Origin: Paracoccaceae bacterium
GTDB taxonomy: Bacteria > Pseudomonadota > Alphaproteobacteria > Rhodobacterales > Rhodobacteraceae
Direction: 5' to 3'
Length of the DNA: 64,000 bases
Assembly (NCBI GenBank): GCA_965221405.1
Contig: CBDCSE010000003.1
Span: forward strand, 209,480 to 273,479
Part shown: positions 1 through 9,364 of the stretch, piece after piece
Numbering within the stretch: position 1 is the stretch's first letter
How the letters are laid out: each line of letters begins with the position of its first letter
The notes under the pieces: model-generated
What the model was told of the DNA's origin: nothing
The model's input: the letters and a program-made list of their open reading frames with translations, nothing else
Database searches by the model: none
Program-made: the position numbers and the translations under genes

Positions 1-606
1 GTCAGTGAGCGGCGCAAGGGCAAGGGCGTCCGAGCCGACGAATGTCTCCCCGTGCCCATGACCGATCGCCAATGGCGAGCCTCTGCGGGCGGCGATCAGG
101 AGATCGTCTTCTCCGTCAAACAGGAAACACAGTGCGAATGCGCCCTCAAGCCGTGCGACGACCTGCTCCACCGCGTCGTTCGGGTCCAGTCCCTGACCCA
201 AAAACCTTTCGGTCATTAACGCGACGGCTTCAGTGTCGGTCTCGGACTGAAACCTCGCTCCGCCAAGTTCAAGATCCGCCCGAAGGTCACGGTAATTCTC
301 GATGATTCCGTTGTGGACGACCGCGACCGATCCCGCTCTGTGCGGATGCGTGTTGCACAGTGTCGCTGCGCCGTGAGTGGCCCAGCGCGTGTGTCCGATA
401 CCGGATTTGCCGGTCACGGGTTCATGCACGAGCAGGTCGCTGAGGTTGACGAGCTTTCCGATGGCCCGGCGCCTTGCGAGTCGGCCGTCCTTGTCAACCG
501 TCGCGATGCCCGCACTGTCATAGCCTCGGTACTCGAGACGCTTCAACGCATCCACCATGATGGGCGCGACTTCGTGCTGGCCCAGGACTCCGATGATTCC
601 ACACAT
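1..606 (-). CDS. glmS: glutamine--fructose-6-phosphate aminotransferase, N-terminal part (3' end lies beyond the left edge)
   Basis: Own minus-strand translation from ATG at 606-604: MCGIIGVLGQHEVAPIMVDALKRLEYRGYDSAGIA...GIGHTRWATHG...VVHNGIIENY. This is the class-II amidotransferase N-terminus with Cys2. It starts 5 nt after the glmU stop (glmU-glmS order). Confidence 0.9.
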   Translation of the reverse strand, partial: MCGIIGVLGQHEVAPIMVDALKRLEYRGYDSAGIATVDKDGRLARRRAIGKLVNLSDLLVHEPVTGKSGIGHTRWATHGAATLCNTHPHRAGSVAVVHNGIIENYRDLRADLELGGARFQSETDTEAVALMTERFLGQGLDPNDAVEQVVARLEGAFALCFLFDGEDDLLIAARRGSPLAIGHGHGETFVGSDALALAPLTD

Positions 607-611
607 TATAT

Positions 612-1964
612 CTATGGCTTCCCAGGTTTCGTCCTGGATCTTCTGTAGAGTTCCAAAAGACGCCGCGCCGCGCCGGGTTTTATGTTCTGGCTGGCGCGCC
701 CGATCGCCAGCGCACCGTCAGGCACGTCCTTGGTGATTACGGAGCCGCTTGCGGTCATGGCGTCATCGCCAACCCTGACCGGAGCCACCAGCATCGTGTC
801 GGACCCGATGAAAGCGCGGGCGCCGATCTCGGTATGGTTTTTCTCGACGCCGTTGTAATTGCAGGTGACCGTACCCGCGCCGATGTTCGCGTCCGCGCCG
901 ACATGGGCGTCCCCGACATAGGCCAGATGGCCCGCCTTGGCACCCTGACCCAGCAATGCGTTCTTGAGTTCCACGAAATTTCCGACTTTCGCCCCGCTGG
1001 ACAGCCTCGTGCCCGGGCGAAGCCTCGCGAATGGTCCCACCACCGCGCCACGACCGACATGGGCACCTTCCAGATGGCTGAACGCACGGATCGTGGCATC
1101 GGCCTCGACCGTGACTCCCGGGCCGAGAATAACGTTTGGCTCCAGCAGGCAGTCGGGGCCAAGCCGGGTGTCATAGGACAGAAAGACCGTCTCGGGCGCC
1201 ACCATCGTGACGCCGCTATCCATAGCTCTCTCACGCGCACCGGCCTGAAACACCGCCTCCGCGTGGGCGAGTTGCGCACGGGTGTTGACGCCAAGGGTTT
1301 CCTGCTCGTCGCAGATCACCGCTGTCACTTTCAGGCCGCGTTCACGCGCCTGTCCGACGATGTCGGTCAGATAGTATTCCCCGCAGGCATTTTCGTTCGA
1401 AAGCCCCTTGCATAACCCGAACATACGTTCCGCATCGGCCATGACGATGCCACTGTTGCACAGCGCGATGGAGCGCTCCACATCCGTGGCGTCCCTGAAC
1501 TCGACGATCCTCACCAACTGGTCGCCATCCATCACGATCCGCCCGTACCGTCCGGGTTCGGCGGATTCGAATCCAAGGATGACGATGTCATGGCCGGTCT
1601 CCCTGGCTACTTTCATTCGCCTGAGCGTTCCTTCGCGGATGAACGGGGTATCGCCATACAGCACGACAGCGTCGCCGCTGAAGTCCTTAAGGGCCCTTTC
1701 GGCCTGCAGTACCGCATGACCGGTGCCGAGCTGCCGCGTCTGGATTACGATATCGATTTCGGGATCAAGGGCTTTCGCCGACCTCGCGACCGCATCCGAC
1801 TCGGCACCCGTCACGATTACTGTCCGATCCGGTGACAGGCATCGTCCGGACCCCACCGCATGTACGAGGAGCGGAACGCCTCCAAGCGGATGAAGCACTT
1901 TGGGCAGGTCGGAATTCATCCGGGTTCCCTGTCCGGCGGCCAGGACGATCAGAGCGGTCGACAT
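612..1964 (-). CDS. glmU: bifunctional UDP-N-acetylglucosamine pyrophosphorylase / glucosamine-1-phosphate N-acetyltransferase
   Basis: 450-aa C-terminal part of track ORF 612..3098, starting MSTALIVLAAGQGTRMNSDLPKVLHPL (LAAGxGTRM nucleotidyltransferase motif). It continues into left-handed beta-helix hexapeptide repeats. ATG is at 1964-1962. Confidence 0.93.
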   Translation of the reverse strand: MSTALIVLAAGQGTRMNSDLPKVLHPLGGVPLLVHAVGSGRCLSPDRTVIVTGAESDAVARSAKALDPEIDIVIQTRQLGTGHAVLQAERALKDFSGDAVVLYGDTPFIREGTLRRMKVARETGHDIVILGFESAEPGRYGRIVMDGDQLVRIVEFRDATDVERSIALCNSGIVMADAERMFGLCKGLSNENACGEYYLTDIVGQARERGLKVTAVICDEQETLGVNTRAQLAHAEAVFQAGARERAMDSGVTMVAPETVFLSYDTRLGPDCLLEPNVILGPGVTVEADATIRAFSHLEGAHVGRGAVVGPFARLRPGTRLSSGAKVGNFVELKNALLGQGAKAGHLAYVGDAHVGADANIGAGTVTCNYNGVEKNHTEIGARAFIGSDTMLVAPVRVGDDAMTASGSVITKDVPDGALAIGRASQNIKPGAARRLLELYRRSRTKPGKP

Positions 1965-2390
1965 GGGCTGCTCTCTGCCAAATTGTTTGTGCGCCCTACC
2001 GATGGTTCCCGCTTTACGCGGTGGAGGGGCTTTCCAGTGATTTTGGCGGCAATCTATATCGGGTGGTTGAGGAATGCCACCGGTAACCAAGGCACCTGCT
2101 GCTAACGCTCTCCGCCGTGTGCCGACCAATGGTATTCGGATAAGGATTCCCAACGTTCGGACAGGAAAGCCCGCGCTTCGGGTGTGAGCCGGAAGCCGGG
2201 GGCCTTGTCCTGGTGGCCTTTCGTGATGTCGGGCGACATGCCTGGTCTGCCACCTGATCCCCAGCCGCATGGACCGGCGCGGATGGCTGCGTTCCGGCCT
2301 CTCCCGCAGGGGGCGGCGCGATAGCCCGGCCATGATCCGCGCGACGGACTGCATTTCGGCGGGGACCTCACCCCCGGGGAGGCCGGCAGG

Positions 2391-3800
2391 GTGCGCGCCC
2401 GGCTGGAGGCGGATTACGGGGCCGGGGTCACGGGACTCCCGGTCGGGAGCGTCACGTATGACGCCGACGGGGGTGAGGAGACGCCGGCGCTCGGCGAAGG
2501 CGGGCCGGGCGTCGCGCTCCGGTCGGAGCGGGCGGACGGCACGGTCCGGGAGGTGGGCGCCATCGCGGACGAAGGCGTCACGGTCACGCTGCGGGCCGAG
2601 GGGATCGCCCCGCTGGTGCTGCCGGAGTCCCGGACGCCCGCCCCGGAGCCCCTGGCGCCCGCCCCGGATCCCGCCCCCGCCACACCGCCGGCGACGTCCG
2701 GCGGCGGCGGCGGGTCCTCCGGCGGCGGCGGTTCCTCCGGGGGCGGTGCCACGCCCGCGCCCGCCACGCCCGTGACGCCCGCGCCCCCGTCCGGCCCCCC
2801 GGATCCCGGCCCCGCGGACGCGGGGCCTCCCGCCGCCGACACCTCCGCGCCCACCTGGCTGACGCTGGCGGACGCGCCGGGCCCGGCGGGCCGCGTGGTC
2901 TCGGGGGTCCACGGGTTCGGGATCGGCTGCGGCGGCGACGCGTGGCCCCTCCCGGCGGCGCGGGCGGCCGCGCCGCCCGCGCCGTCCCTCCCCCACGGCC
3001 CCGCCCGCGCCTCCCGCGCCTCCCGCGCGGGGGGCGCCGGGGTCTGGGCCGCCGCCGGGGCGTCGTCCTCCGCCCGGGGCGCGTCCGGGGCCCTCCACGG
3101 GGCGTCATACGGCCTCGGCCGCCGGACCCTGGCGCTGGGCCATGACGCGGAGACGCCCCGGGGCGGGACGCTCGGCCTGTCGGTCACCCGGCTGGCGGGC
3201 GCGGCCGACGTGGGCGGCCCCGGCGGCGCGGCGGACGGCGGGCGGATCGGCGTCACCGGGACCGCGGCCTCCGTCTCCCACCGGTGGGACCTCCCGTCCC
3301 TGACCGTCACCGCGCGCGCCTCCGCCGCGGCGCTGTCGGCCTCCATGTCGTCGTCGCTCCGCGGGCCCCTCGCCTCCGGGGTGTCCGCGTCCGGCCTGTC
3401 CGCCGGGATCGGGGCCGCGCGCGCGGTGGCCCTGGAGGGGGCCGCGCTGGCCCTCGGGGCGGGCCTGTCGCACGCGCGGGCGCGCGCCGGCGGGTTCACC
3501 GCCCATGTGCGCGGCCCCGGCGGGCCCACGCCGGTGCGGGTCACCGGCGCGGCGGCCCGGGAGACCGCGCTGCGCCTGCGGGCGGACTGGCGGCGGACGT
3601 CCGCGTCCGGAGGCCCGTTCCTGGGCGGCGGGCTCGACCTTCCGCTGGACGGCGGGGCGCGGGTCACCGCCGGCGGCACGGCGCTGCCGTCGGGGCGGCG
3701 GGCCACCCTCCGCCTCCACGCGGGGCTGGCGTCCGTCCGCCCCGGGGGCGGGACCGCGGCCCTGACGCTGGGCTACGCCGGCCTCGCCCTCGGCTTCTGA
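2391..3800 (+). CDS. autotransporter-type outer-membrane beta-barrel domain protein; no signal peptide, probably a 5'-truncated remnant
   Basis: 469-aa ORF with a GTG start. A Pro/Gly linker (PAPEPLAPAPDPAPATPP, GGGGGSSGGGGSSGGG) is followed by an alternating Ala/Gly/Arg beta-strand-like region ending ...LTLGYAGLALGF (C-terminal aromatic residue). An in-frame stop sits at 2322-2324 with no upstream ATG. About 80% GC. Confidence 0.45.
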   Translation: MRARLEADYGAGVTGLPVGSVTYDADGGEETPALGEGGPGVALRSERADGTVREVGAIADEGVTVTLRAEGIAPLVLPESRTPAPEPLAPAPDPAPATPPATSGGGGGSSGGGGSSGGGATPAPATPVTPAPPSGPPDPGPADAGPPAADTSAPTWLTLADAPGPAGRVVSGVHGFGIGCGGDAWPLPAARAAAPPAPSLPHGPARASRASRAGGAGVWAAAGASSSARGASGALHGASYGLGRRTLALGHDAETPRGGTLGLSVTRLAGAADVGGPGGAADGGRIGVTGTAASVSHRWDLPSLTVTARASAAALSASMSSSLRGPLASGVSASGLSAGIGAARAVALEGAALALGAGLSHARARAGGFTAHVRGPGGPTPVRVTGAAARETALRLRADWRRTSASGGPFLGGGLDLPLDGGARVTAGGTALPSGRRATLRLHAGLASVRPGGGTAALTLGYAGLALGF

Positions 3801-3828
3801 CCATGCGCGGCAGGAAGGGGACGCACCC

Positions 3829-4758
3829 ATGACCAACATGACCGGGACACCCGGGACACCCGGGACACGCACCCGCGCGGCCGCGCCGGCCGCCGCCTGC
3901 CTGCTGGCGGCCGCGCTCCTGCTGGCCGCCTGCGGCGGGGGCGGCGGCGGAGCGCCGCCCGCCGGAGGCGGCCCGATGGCCCTGCCGCCGTTCACGGACG
4001 ACGCGCTCGCGCGCGTCCGGCAGCTCACGGGATCGGAGGTCCCGGGCGAGACGGCGGCGGCGAACGACGCGCGCCGCCGGGTGCAGGACCGGACGGGCTG
4101 GCGGGGGCGTTACGTCACCGCCGGGGGCCCGGCGGACGCCGCCGGGGCGCGCGCCCTCGAGGCGCGCGCGGTGGCCTTCAGCGGCGCCCACGCGGACGTG
4201 TCGCTGCGGAACCCCGTCCTGTCCCGGAAGGGGATCGTTGTCCACGGGGCCCGGGCGGACGGCGGGCGGTTCGCCGGCATGCGGTCCGTCGGCGCGACGA
4301 TGGGGCATGCGGGCCTCGCGGTCCTCACCGCCCCGGGCCCCGGCGGCGGGATCTACGTCCGCACCGACACCGCGCCCGCCCCCGCGGGCCCGCCGGAGCC
4401 GCCGCGCGCCGGGGACGCGGCGTCCGCCACCTGGACCGGCGTCATGCTCGGGGCCGACGTCCGGACCCGCGAACTCCTGCAGGGGGACGCCACCCTCACC
4501 TACGGCTTCGCCGACCGGGAGATCGACGTCCGCCTCACCGGCATCGTCAGCCTCGACGCGGCGGCGGAGGGCAGGCAGGACACGGCCCGCGGCGACGTGA
4601 CGTTCCCGGACGTCCCCGCCGGCGGTGACGGGATCTGGCGGACCCCGGACGGGCCGCGGTACGTCGAGGCGGGCCTCACGGGCCCCGGACACGCCGGGGC
4701 CGCCGGCCTGTTCCGGACGCCCGACATGGCCGGCGCTTTCGGCGCGCGCCGGGACTGA
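3829..4758 (+). CDS. lipoprotein with TbpB/fHbp-like C-terminal beta-barrel domain
   Basis: Lipobox LLLAAC|GGGG after a hydrophobic N-terminus. The C-terminus ...GLFRTPDMAGAFGARRD resembles the terminal VFGAKRQ strand of transferrin-binding-protein-B-type barrels. About 80% GC. Confidence 0.55.
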   Translation: MTNMTGTPGTPGTRTRAAAPAAACLLAAALLLAACGGGGGGAPPAGGGPMALPPFTDDALARVRQLTGSEVPGETAAANDARRRVQDRTGWRGRYVTAGGPADAAGARALEARAVAFSGAHADVSLRNPVLSRKGIVVHGARADGGRFAGMRSVGATMGHAGLAVLTAPGPGGGIYVRTDTAPAPAGPPEPPRAGDAASATWTGVMLGADVRTRELLQGDATLTYGFADREIDVRLTGIVSLDAAAEGRQDTARGDVTFPDVPAGGDGIWRTPDGPRYVEAGLTGPGHAGAAGLFRTPDMAGAFGARRD

Positions 4759-4787
4759 CCGGAACCGCGGGAACGGCCGCGCCACGC

Positions 4788-5726
4788 CGCCGGCGCGGTG
4801 CGCATGGCGCACCCGACGCACTGGCGTACGGGATAACGCGGCGCAAGGTCAACCGGATCGTCGACGCGGACATCCGGGCCTTCCCCGACCGGCTGGACCG
4901 GGGATGGCCCATGAAGTTCGTGGAGCACCGGATCGGGGACCGGCGGGTCACCCGCCTGATCTCCAAATGGCCTGGCGCCGGCGTCATGGAAGACGGGGAA
5001 TGGCGGGACAGCCTGCGGGGAACCCCGCAGGGTTCAGGTGTCCCGCCGATCCTGGCGAACGTGTACCTGCACTTCGTCCCTGACCCCTGGTTCCGGAGGA
5101 AATGGCGCTCCCGGATCGCCCGTGGCGAGACGGTCATCGCGCGCCACGCCGATGGCTTCGCGGTCGGGTTCCAGCACAAGCGGGACGCGGAACGGTTCCT
5201 GTGCGACCTGAAGGACAGGCTGGCCGAACTTTCGCTCGACCCGCACCCGGACAGGACCCGCCTCATCGGGTTCGGCAGGTTCGCGATGGCGAACCGCCGG
5301 GCGCGGGGAGAGCGGCGTCCCGAGACCTTCGACCTCCTCGGGTTCACGCATTACTGCCGGACCACGCGGAAGGGACGTTTCGGACTGGGGCGCAAGCCGA
5401 TCGGGAAGCGGGCCAGCCGCACCCTGAAGCGCATCAGGGCCGAACCGCGCCGACGGATGCGCGACAGCGTGCGTGACGTCGCCAAATGGCTTGGCCGGGT
5501 TGTGGGCGGATGGCTGCGCTACCACGCGGTGCCGACCGGCCACCCGTCCCTCCGCAGCTTCGTGCGGCGCGTCAGGCGACTCTGGCTGCGCGTCCTGCGA
5601 CGAAGACCGCAGAGGGACCGCTTCAAATGGAGCGGGATCGATGCCCTGGCCAGGGTCTTCTGGCCTCGGATCCGGATTCCTCACCCATGGCCGGGCACGC
5701 GCTTTGCCGTCAGTCACCCGAGGTAG
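4788..5726 (+). pseudogene. group II intron reverse transcriptase/maturase, N-terminally truncated and degenerate
   Basis: GTPQGSGVPPILANVYLHFV (RT block 4); RHADGFAVGF where YADD is expected; an X/maturase-like tail LLGFTHYC...GGWLRYHAV...RIPHPWPGTRFAVSHPR. RT blocks 0-2 are absent. Confidence 0.75.
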
Positions 5727-5758
5727 GAGCCTCGTGCCCTAGCGGGCTCGCGGGGATC
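5727..5758 (+). ncRNA. group II intron domain V-like hairpin
   Basis: GAGCCTCGT GCCC TAGC GGGC TC GCGGGGATC. It has a 9-position lower helix (one G.A mismatch), a 2-nt bulge on the 3' strand, a 4-bp upper helix and a tetraloop, and starts with GAGC (AGC triad position). It begins right after the RT stop codon. The loop is not GNRA. Confidence 0.45.
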
Positions 5759-5761
5759 TGT

Positions 5762-5795
5762 GCGGGGGGCGTCGGGCAACCGGCGTTCCTGCCGC
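5762..5795 (+). ncRNA. group II intron domain VI-like hairpin
   Basis: 14-bp stem with a GCAA loop and a 2-nt bulge (TG) on the 3' strand, 4 bp above the base. It lies 3 nt after the domain V candidate and 3 nt before the inferred 3' end (..AC at 5798). There is no bulged A. Confidence 0.3.
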
Positions 5796-5798
5796 GAC

Positions 5799-5873
5799 CC
5801 CCTCACCAGCGGCGATCCCGTGATATTCGGTGATTTCATATCCTTCGACCGACGATGTGGTTGTCATGATCAT
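5799..5873 (-). pseudogene. YbjQ/UPF0145-family gene, 5' stub only
   Basis: MIMTTTSSVEGYEITEYHGIAAGEG matches the conserved YbjQ N-terminus (TT..ieGy.I.eylGiv.GE). Homology stops at 5799, and the downstream reading is intron-derived sequence. Confidence 0.5.
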
Positions 5874-6106
5874 TCCGGATGCCTTTCTGGGATGTGATGA
5901 CGTTTCCGGCGGCATTCCCGCCGATCGGTTAACCCCCACGCGGTGTGCGGATTTGCCGGTTTCCCGGTCAGGCCGGGTGAGCCGGGAACTCCCGCCCTAC
6001 CCGGTTCGACCGCCATGATGCCGTTCTCGGTGACGGCGGTGATCCTGTCCCCGCCCGTCTCCATAGCGGATGCCGGTGGATTGGGGAAAGCCCTGTTTCC
6101 CGAAAA

Positions 6107-7335
6107 AGGCTTATCCCTTTGACTACGGCGCCGCAAGATGCTGTGCCAGCGGCCGGTCGCGGGATCCCCTGATCCCCGGCGGAATCCACGCCTTCGCCGC
6201 CGCGCGGCGGCCCGGACGGTGCCGGAAAGTGAGGATTCGGGTGGTGTGCGGGTGCGCGGATGCGCCCGCCGGTGCCGTGGCGGAATCCGGGCGGGGTTTC
6301 CGGCGCCTCAGACGCGTCCCCCGGTGAGGTCGCGGCAGGTGGCGGGCGGAAGTCCCAGCCCGATGCCGGGCAGGCTGTCGAAGGAGGCCCGTCGGTGGCG
6401 CCGGCGGTTCCAGCGGAACACGGACCCGTCGGGGTGGCGCTGGAAACGCCTGCTCCGCAGGCCGTGGTACACGCCCATGGCCCGGCGCTTCAGGTTCGGG
6501 AAGACCCGGCGGACCCACGCCAGGACCCCGTGGGCCGGGCGGTCGCCGATCACCCTGCGCTCCCGGGGGTTGCCGGGCAGGCCGGGGTGGCCGCTCCAGC
6601 CGTCGGTGACCACCCACGCGCCCGGCACGACGGACGCGGCGATGAAGCCGCGGAGCGCCCCGGATCCGTAGTCCCCGATCGTCCCGAGCCGGATGCGGCG
6701 CGGCCTGCCGCACTCCGGGAGCTCGACCGCCCCGGCCATGAGGATACGCCCCGCGGCGCCGCGGCCCCTGCCGGCGCCGCTGTCCTCCGCGCCGCCGCCG
6801 TCCCGGAAGGGTACGGACGCCCCGTCCACCTCCGCGGTCCCCTGAAGAAGGCTCCGCCCAGGGCCGGCCATCGCCCGGCGAGGCCTGTGCGGCAGCAGCC
6901 AGGCGCTTTTATGGCTGCCGATGCCCGGCCGGGCCTGGAGCTGGAGCGCGGAGATGCCGTTGGAGTGCGTGGCCACGGGATGCGCGGCGGGGAACCATGT
7001 CCTGAGCGGCAGGTGGCTGCGGCGCGTCACCGTGCCCGCCGTCACCGGGGCCTGGCGTCCGCAGCCCGCGCACCCGGGAGGCGGCGCCCGCCCTCGGCTC
7101 CCAGCCCTTAGTACAGCCGCAGGCCGGGCACGCGAAGCCGCCGCCCCAGCGCAGCCCAGCCAGGTGGCGGGCGCAGGCGCCGTCGTCCGGGAAGAGCTCC
7201 CCGGACCCCTGGCGGGACATCGGGCGGTCGTGTTTCCAGCGGCAGGCCATGGAAGAGAACATAAGGCGAACAAAACGGATCGTCAACCCCCTCCGGCACA
7301 AAATGTGGACATGCCTTGGTTAAAGGGATAAGCCT
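6107..7335 (-). mobile_element. IS1595-family insertion sequence (about 1.23 kb)
   Basis: Terminal inverted repeats AGGCTTATCCCTTT (6107-6120) and AAAGGGATAAGCCT (7322-7335) continue imperfectly inward. A direct repeat TTCCCGAAAA flanks both ends (6097-6106 and 7336-7345). Boundary ambiguity is +/-1. Confidence 0.8.
6308..7301 (-). pseudogene. IS1595-family transposase, frameshifted
   Basis: The N-terminal Zn-ribbon FPDDGACARHLAGLRWGGGFACPACGC lies in one frame (ORF 6909..7301). The rest lies in another frame (ORF 6308..7273): CAGCGRQAPVTAGT...LPLRTWF...NGISALQLQ...VFPNLKRRAMGVYHG...FRWNRR. The switch is in a GC run near 7075-7095. Confidence 0.8.
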
Positions 7336-7414
7336 TTCCCGAAAATACCGCCAGTTTCGCCCCGATCCTGCCGGTCGGTTGCGGCGGTTGGCAAATCCTG
7401 CGAAAAGGGGCGTC

Positions 7415-8074
7415 ATGCGGACGGTCATATTTGATCTTGACGGCACGCTCGCCGATACAAGTGGCGACCTTATCGCCGCCGCCAACGCATGTTTCCGTGG
7501 GTTGGGACACGAAGAGGTGCTCGACCCCGTCACAGACCAGGCGATCGCCTTCCATGGTGGTCGGGCGCTTCTAAGGCTCGGCTTCCAGCGGCTGGGACTT
7601 GACGGGGATCGGGCCGGTATCCAGTATCCACTGCTACTGAAGCACTACGGCCGGAACATAGATGCCTTCACGCGACTTTATCCGGGACTGGTGGTGGCGG
7701 TGGAGCAGCTGCGGGGGGCGGGATACAGGACGGGGATATGTACCAACAAGCCGGAAAAGCTGGCCGAGACGCTGATTCGACGGCTTGGTGTGCGGAAGCT
7801 GTTCGACTCATTGGTGGGGGCGGACACGCTTCCCGTGCGCAAACCGGATCCCGCACCATATGTCGCGGCTGTCAAGCGCGCCGGGGGCGCGGTCGGGTCG
7901 TCCCTGCTTGTGGGCGACACCGTGACCGACCGGGATACAGCCCGCGCCGCCGGTGTTCCGTGCATTCTGGTGACGTTCGGCGCGGAGGGTCCGGACGTCG
8001 TGTCACTGTCACCGGACGCGCGGCTTGACCGTTTCGACGAGCTTGTCGGGCTCGTGGCCCGGTTGATTGGCTGA
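7415..8074 (+). CDS. HAD-superfamily hydrolase, phosphoglycolate phosphatase-like
   Basis: MRTVIFDLDGTLADT (DxDGT motif I), TNKP, and VGDTVTDRDTARAAG (motif IV). The ATG at 7415 is in frame with track ORF 7316..8074. Confidence 0.85.
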   Translation: MRTVIFDLDGTLADTSGDLIAAANACFRGLGHEEVLDPVTDQAIAFHGGRALLRLGFQRLGLDGDRAGIQYPLLLKHYGRNIDAFTRLYPGLVVAVEQLRGAGYRTGICTNKPEKLAETLIRRLGVRKLFDSLVGADTLPVRKPDPAPYVAAVKRAGGAVGSSLLVGDTVTDRDTARAAGVPCILVTFGAEGPDVVSLSPDARLDRFDELVGLVARLIG

Positions 8075-8149
8075 AATTCCGCAACGGAATTCCATTGCCG
8101 AAATTCCACCGCCATTGACGAAGGTGCACGTCGTGTCCAATCTGTCGCC

Positions 8150-9364
8150 ATGGGAAAAGAGATTTTCACGGGCAGCTTCACGCAGCAGGAACCGATACCT
8201 GAGGCCGGAATCGCGGTGGCCGTGGATGTCATGCGCCACGGTAGGCTGCATCGCTATAACCTTACCGATGGCGAGCCCGGCGAGGTGGCGCTTCTCGAGA
8301 CGGAATTCGCGCAATTCGTGGGAGCCGGTTACTGTCTTGCGGTCACGTCAGGTGGCTACGCACTCGGAGCCGCACTGCGCAGCGTGGGGGTTGCGCAGGG
8401 GGACCGGGTATTGTCCAACGCATTTTCGCTGGCACCGGTTCCGGGTGCGATCGCGGGCGTGGGCGCGGAGCCGGTCCTTGTCGAGACGACCGAAGATCTG
8501 ACAATCGATCTGGATGATCTGCGCGTGAAAGCCGTGTCAAGCGGCGCCAGGGTTCTGCTGCTCAGCCATATGCGTGGGCATATATGTGACATGGACCGCC
8601 TGATGGCGATCTGCAGAGGTTCAGGCATCACGGTGGTGGAGGACTGCGCACACACGATGGGTGCGCGGTGGCGCGGAGTTCCGTCGGGTCGGCATGGTGT
8701 GGTCGGTTGCTATTCCACCCAGACATACAAGCACATCAATTCCGGTGAGGGCGGGTTGCTGGTGACCGACGACCCCGCCATCGCCGCGCGGGCGGTGATG
8801 CTGTCAGGCTCCTACATGCTCTACGGCCGCCATCTGGCGGTGCCCGCTTCCGACGCTTTCGATGAAATCCGCTATTCCACACCGAATATGTCGGGACGTA
8901 TGGACAATCTTCGGGCAGCTATCCTTAGGCCGCAGCTGGAGGGCCTCGCGCTGCGGGTCGACCGCTGGAAAGCACGGTACCGCAGGATTGAGGATGGGCT
9001 GCGCACCGCCCCGGGGCTTCGGCTGATCGAGCGGCCGAAGCAGGAAGGATATGTAGGATCTTCGATCCAGTTCCTTTTGCCCGAGTGGCGACCCGGCACC
9101 GTTGAGCAGGTCGTCGCCCGTTGCGCGGATCGCGGCGTCGAGCTCAAATGGTTCGGTGCCGAGGAGCCCGTCGCCTACACCTCACGCTATGACAGCTGGC
9201 GCTATGTTACCGACCAGAGGTTGCCGCGAACGGATCGTGTTCTTGCGGGTCTGCTCGACATGCGCATTCCGCTAACGTTTTCGCTTGAGGACTGCGCCCT
9301 TATCGCCCACATCATCGGTGCCGAGGTGTCGGCGGCTCGGGAAGGGGCTGTCGCGGTGAGCTGA
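8150..9364 (+). CDS. DegT/DnrJ/EryC1/StrS-family PLP-dependent aminotransferase
   Basis: 404-aa ORF with the fold-type I pattern: ...VTSGGYALGAAL..., VVEDCAHTMGA, YSTQTYKHINSGEGG (Lys-containing PLP site region). Confidence 0.8.
   Translation: MGKEIFTGSFTQQEPIPEAGIAVAVDVMRHGRLHRYNLTDGEPGEVALLETEFAQFVGAGYCLAVTSGGYALGAALRSVGVAQGDRVLSNAFSLAPVPGAIAGVGAEPVLVETTEDLTIDLDDLRVKAVSSGARVLLLSHMRGHICDMDRLMAICRGSGITVVEDCAHTMGARWRGVPSGRHGVVGCYSTQTYKHINSGEGGLLVTDDPAIAARAVMLSGSYMLYGRHLAVPASDAFDEIRYSTPNMSGRMDNLRAAILRPQLEGLALRVDRWKARYRRIEDGLRTAPGLRLIERPKQEGYVGSSIQFLLPEWRPGTVEQVVARCADRGVELKWFGAEEPVAYTSRYDSWRYVTDQRLPRTDRVLAGLLDMRIPLTFSLEDCALIAHIIGAEVSAAREGAVAVS

Larger units (their letters stand above)
4788..5798 (+). 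mobile_element. group II intron, 5'-truncated 3' remnant (RT/maturase ORF plus domain V/VI-like hairpins)
   Basis: RT homology begins abruptly near 4788 (RRRGAHGAPDALAYGITRRKVNRIVDADIRAF...). The ORF is followed directly by two hairpins. The element ends in ...GAC at 5798, exactly where minus-strand ybjQ homology starts. Confidence 0.7.

Noticed and set aside
1561-1580. tRNA T-arm-like string GGATTCGAATCC
   Set aside because: It lies inside the glmU coding sequence with no surrounding cloverleaf. No tRNA was found anywhere in the window.
2102-2239. 45-codon minus-strand ORF (MSPDITKGHQDKAPGFRLTPEARAFLSERWESLSEYHWSAHGGER) between glmU and the high-GC islet
   Set aside because: No family recognised. 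It may be the 3' remnant of a gene truncated at the islet boundary near 2250. Too short to call.
612-3098. 828-aa minus-strand ORF that would extend GlmU by about 380 residues at the N-terminus
   Set aside because: The extension is Arg/Gly/Pro-rich, low-complexity read-through of the 80% GC islet, where stops are rare. GlmU homology starts at MSTALIVLAAGQG (ATG at 1964).
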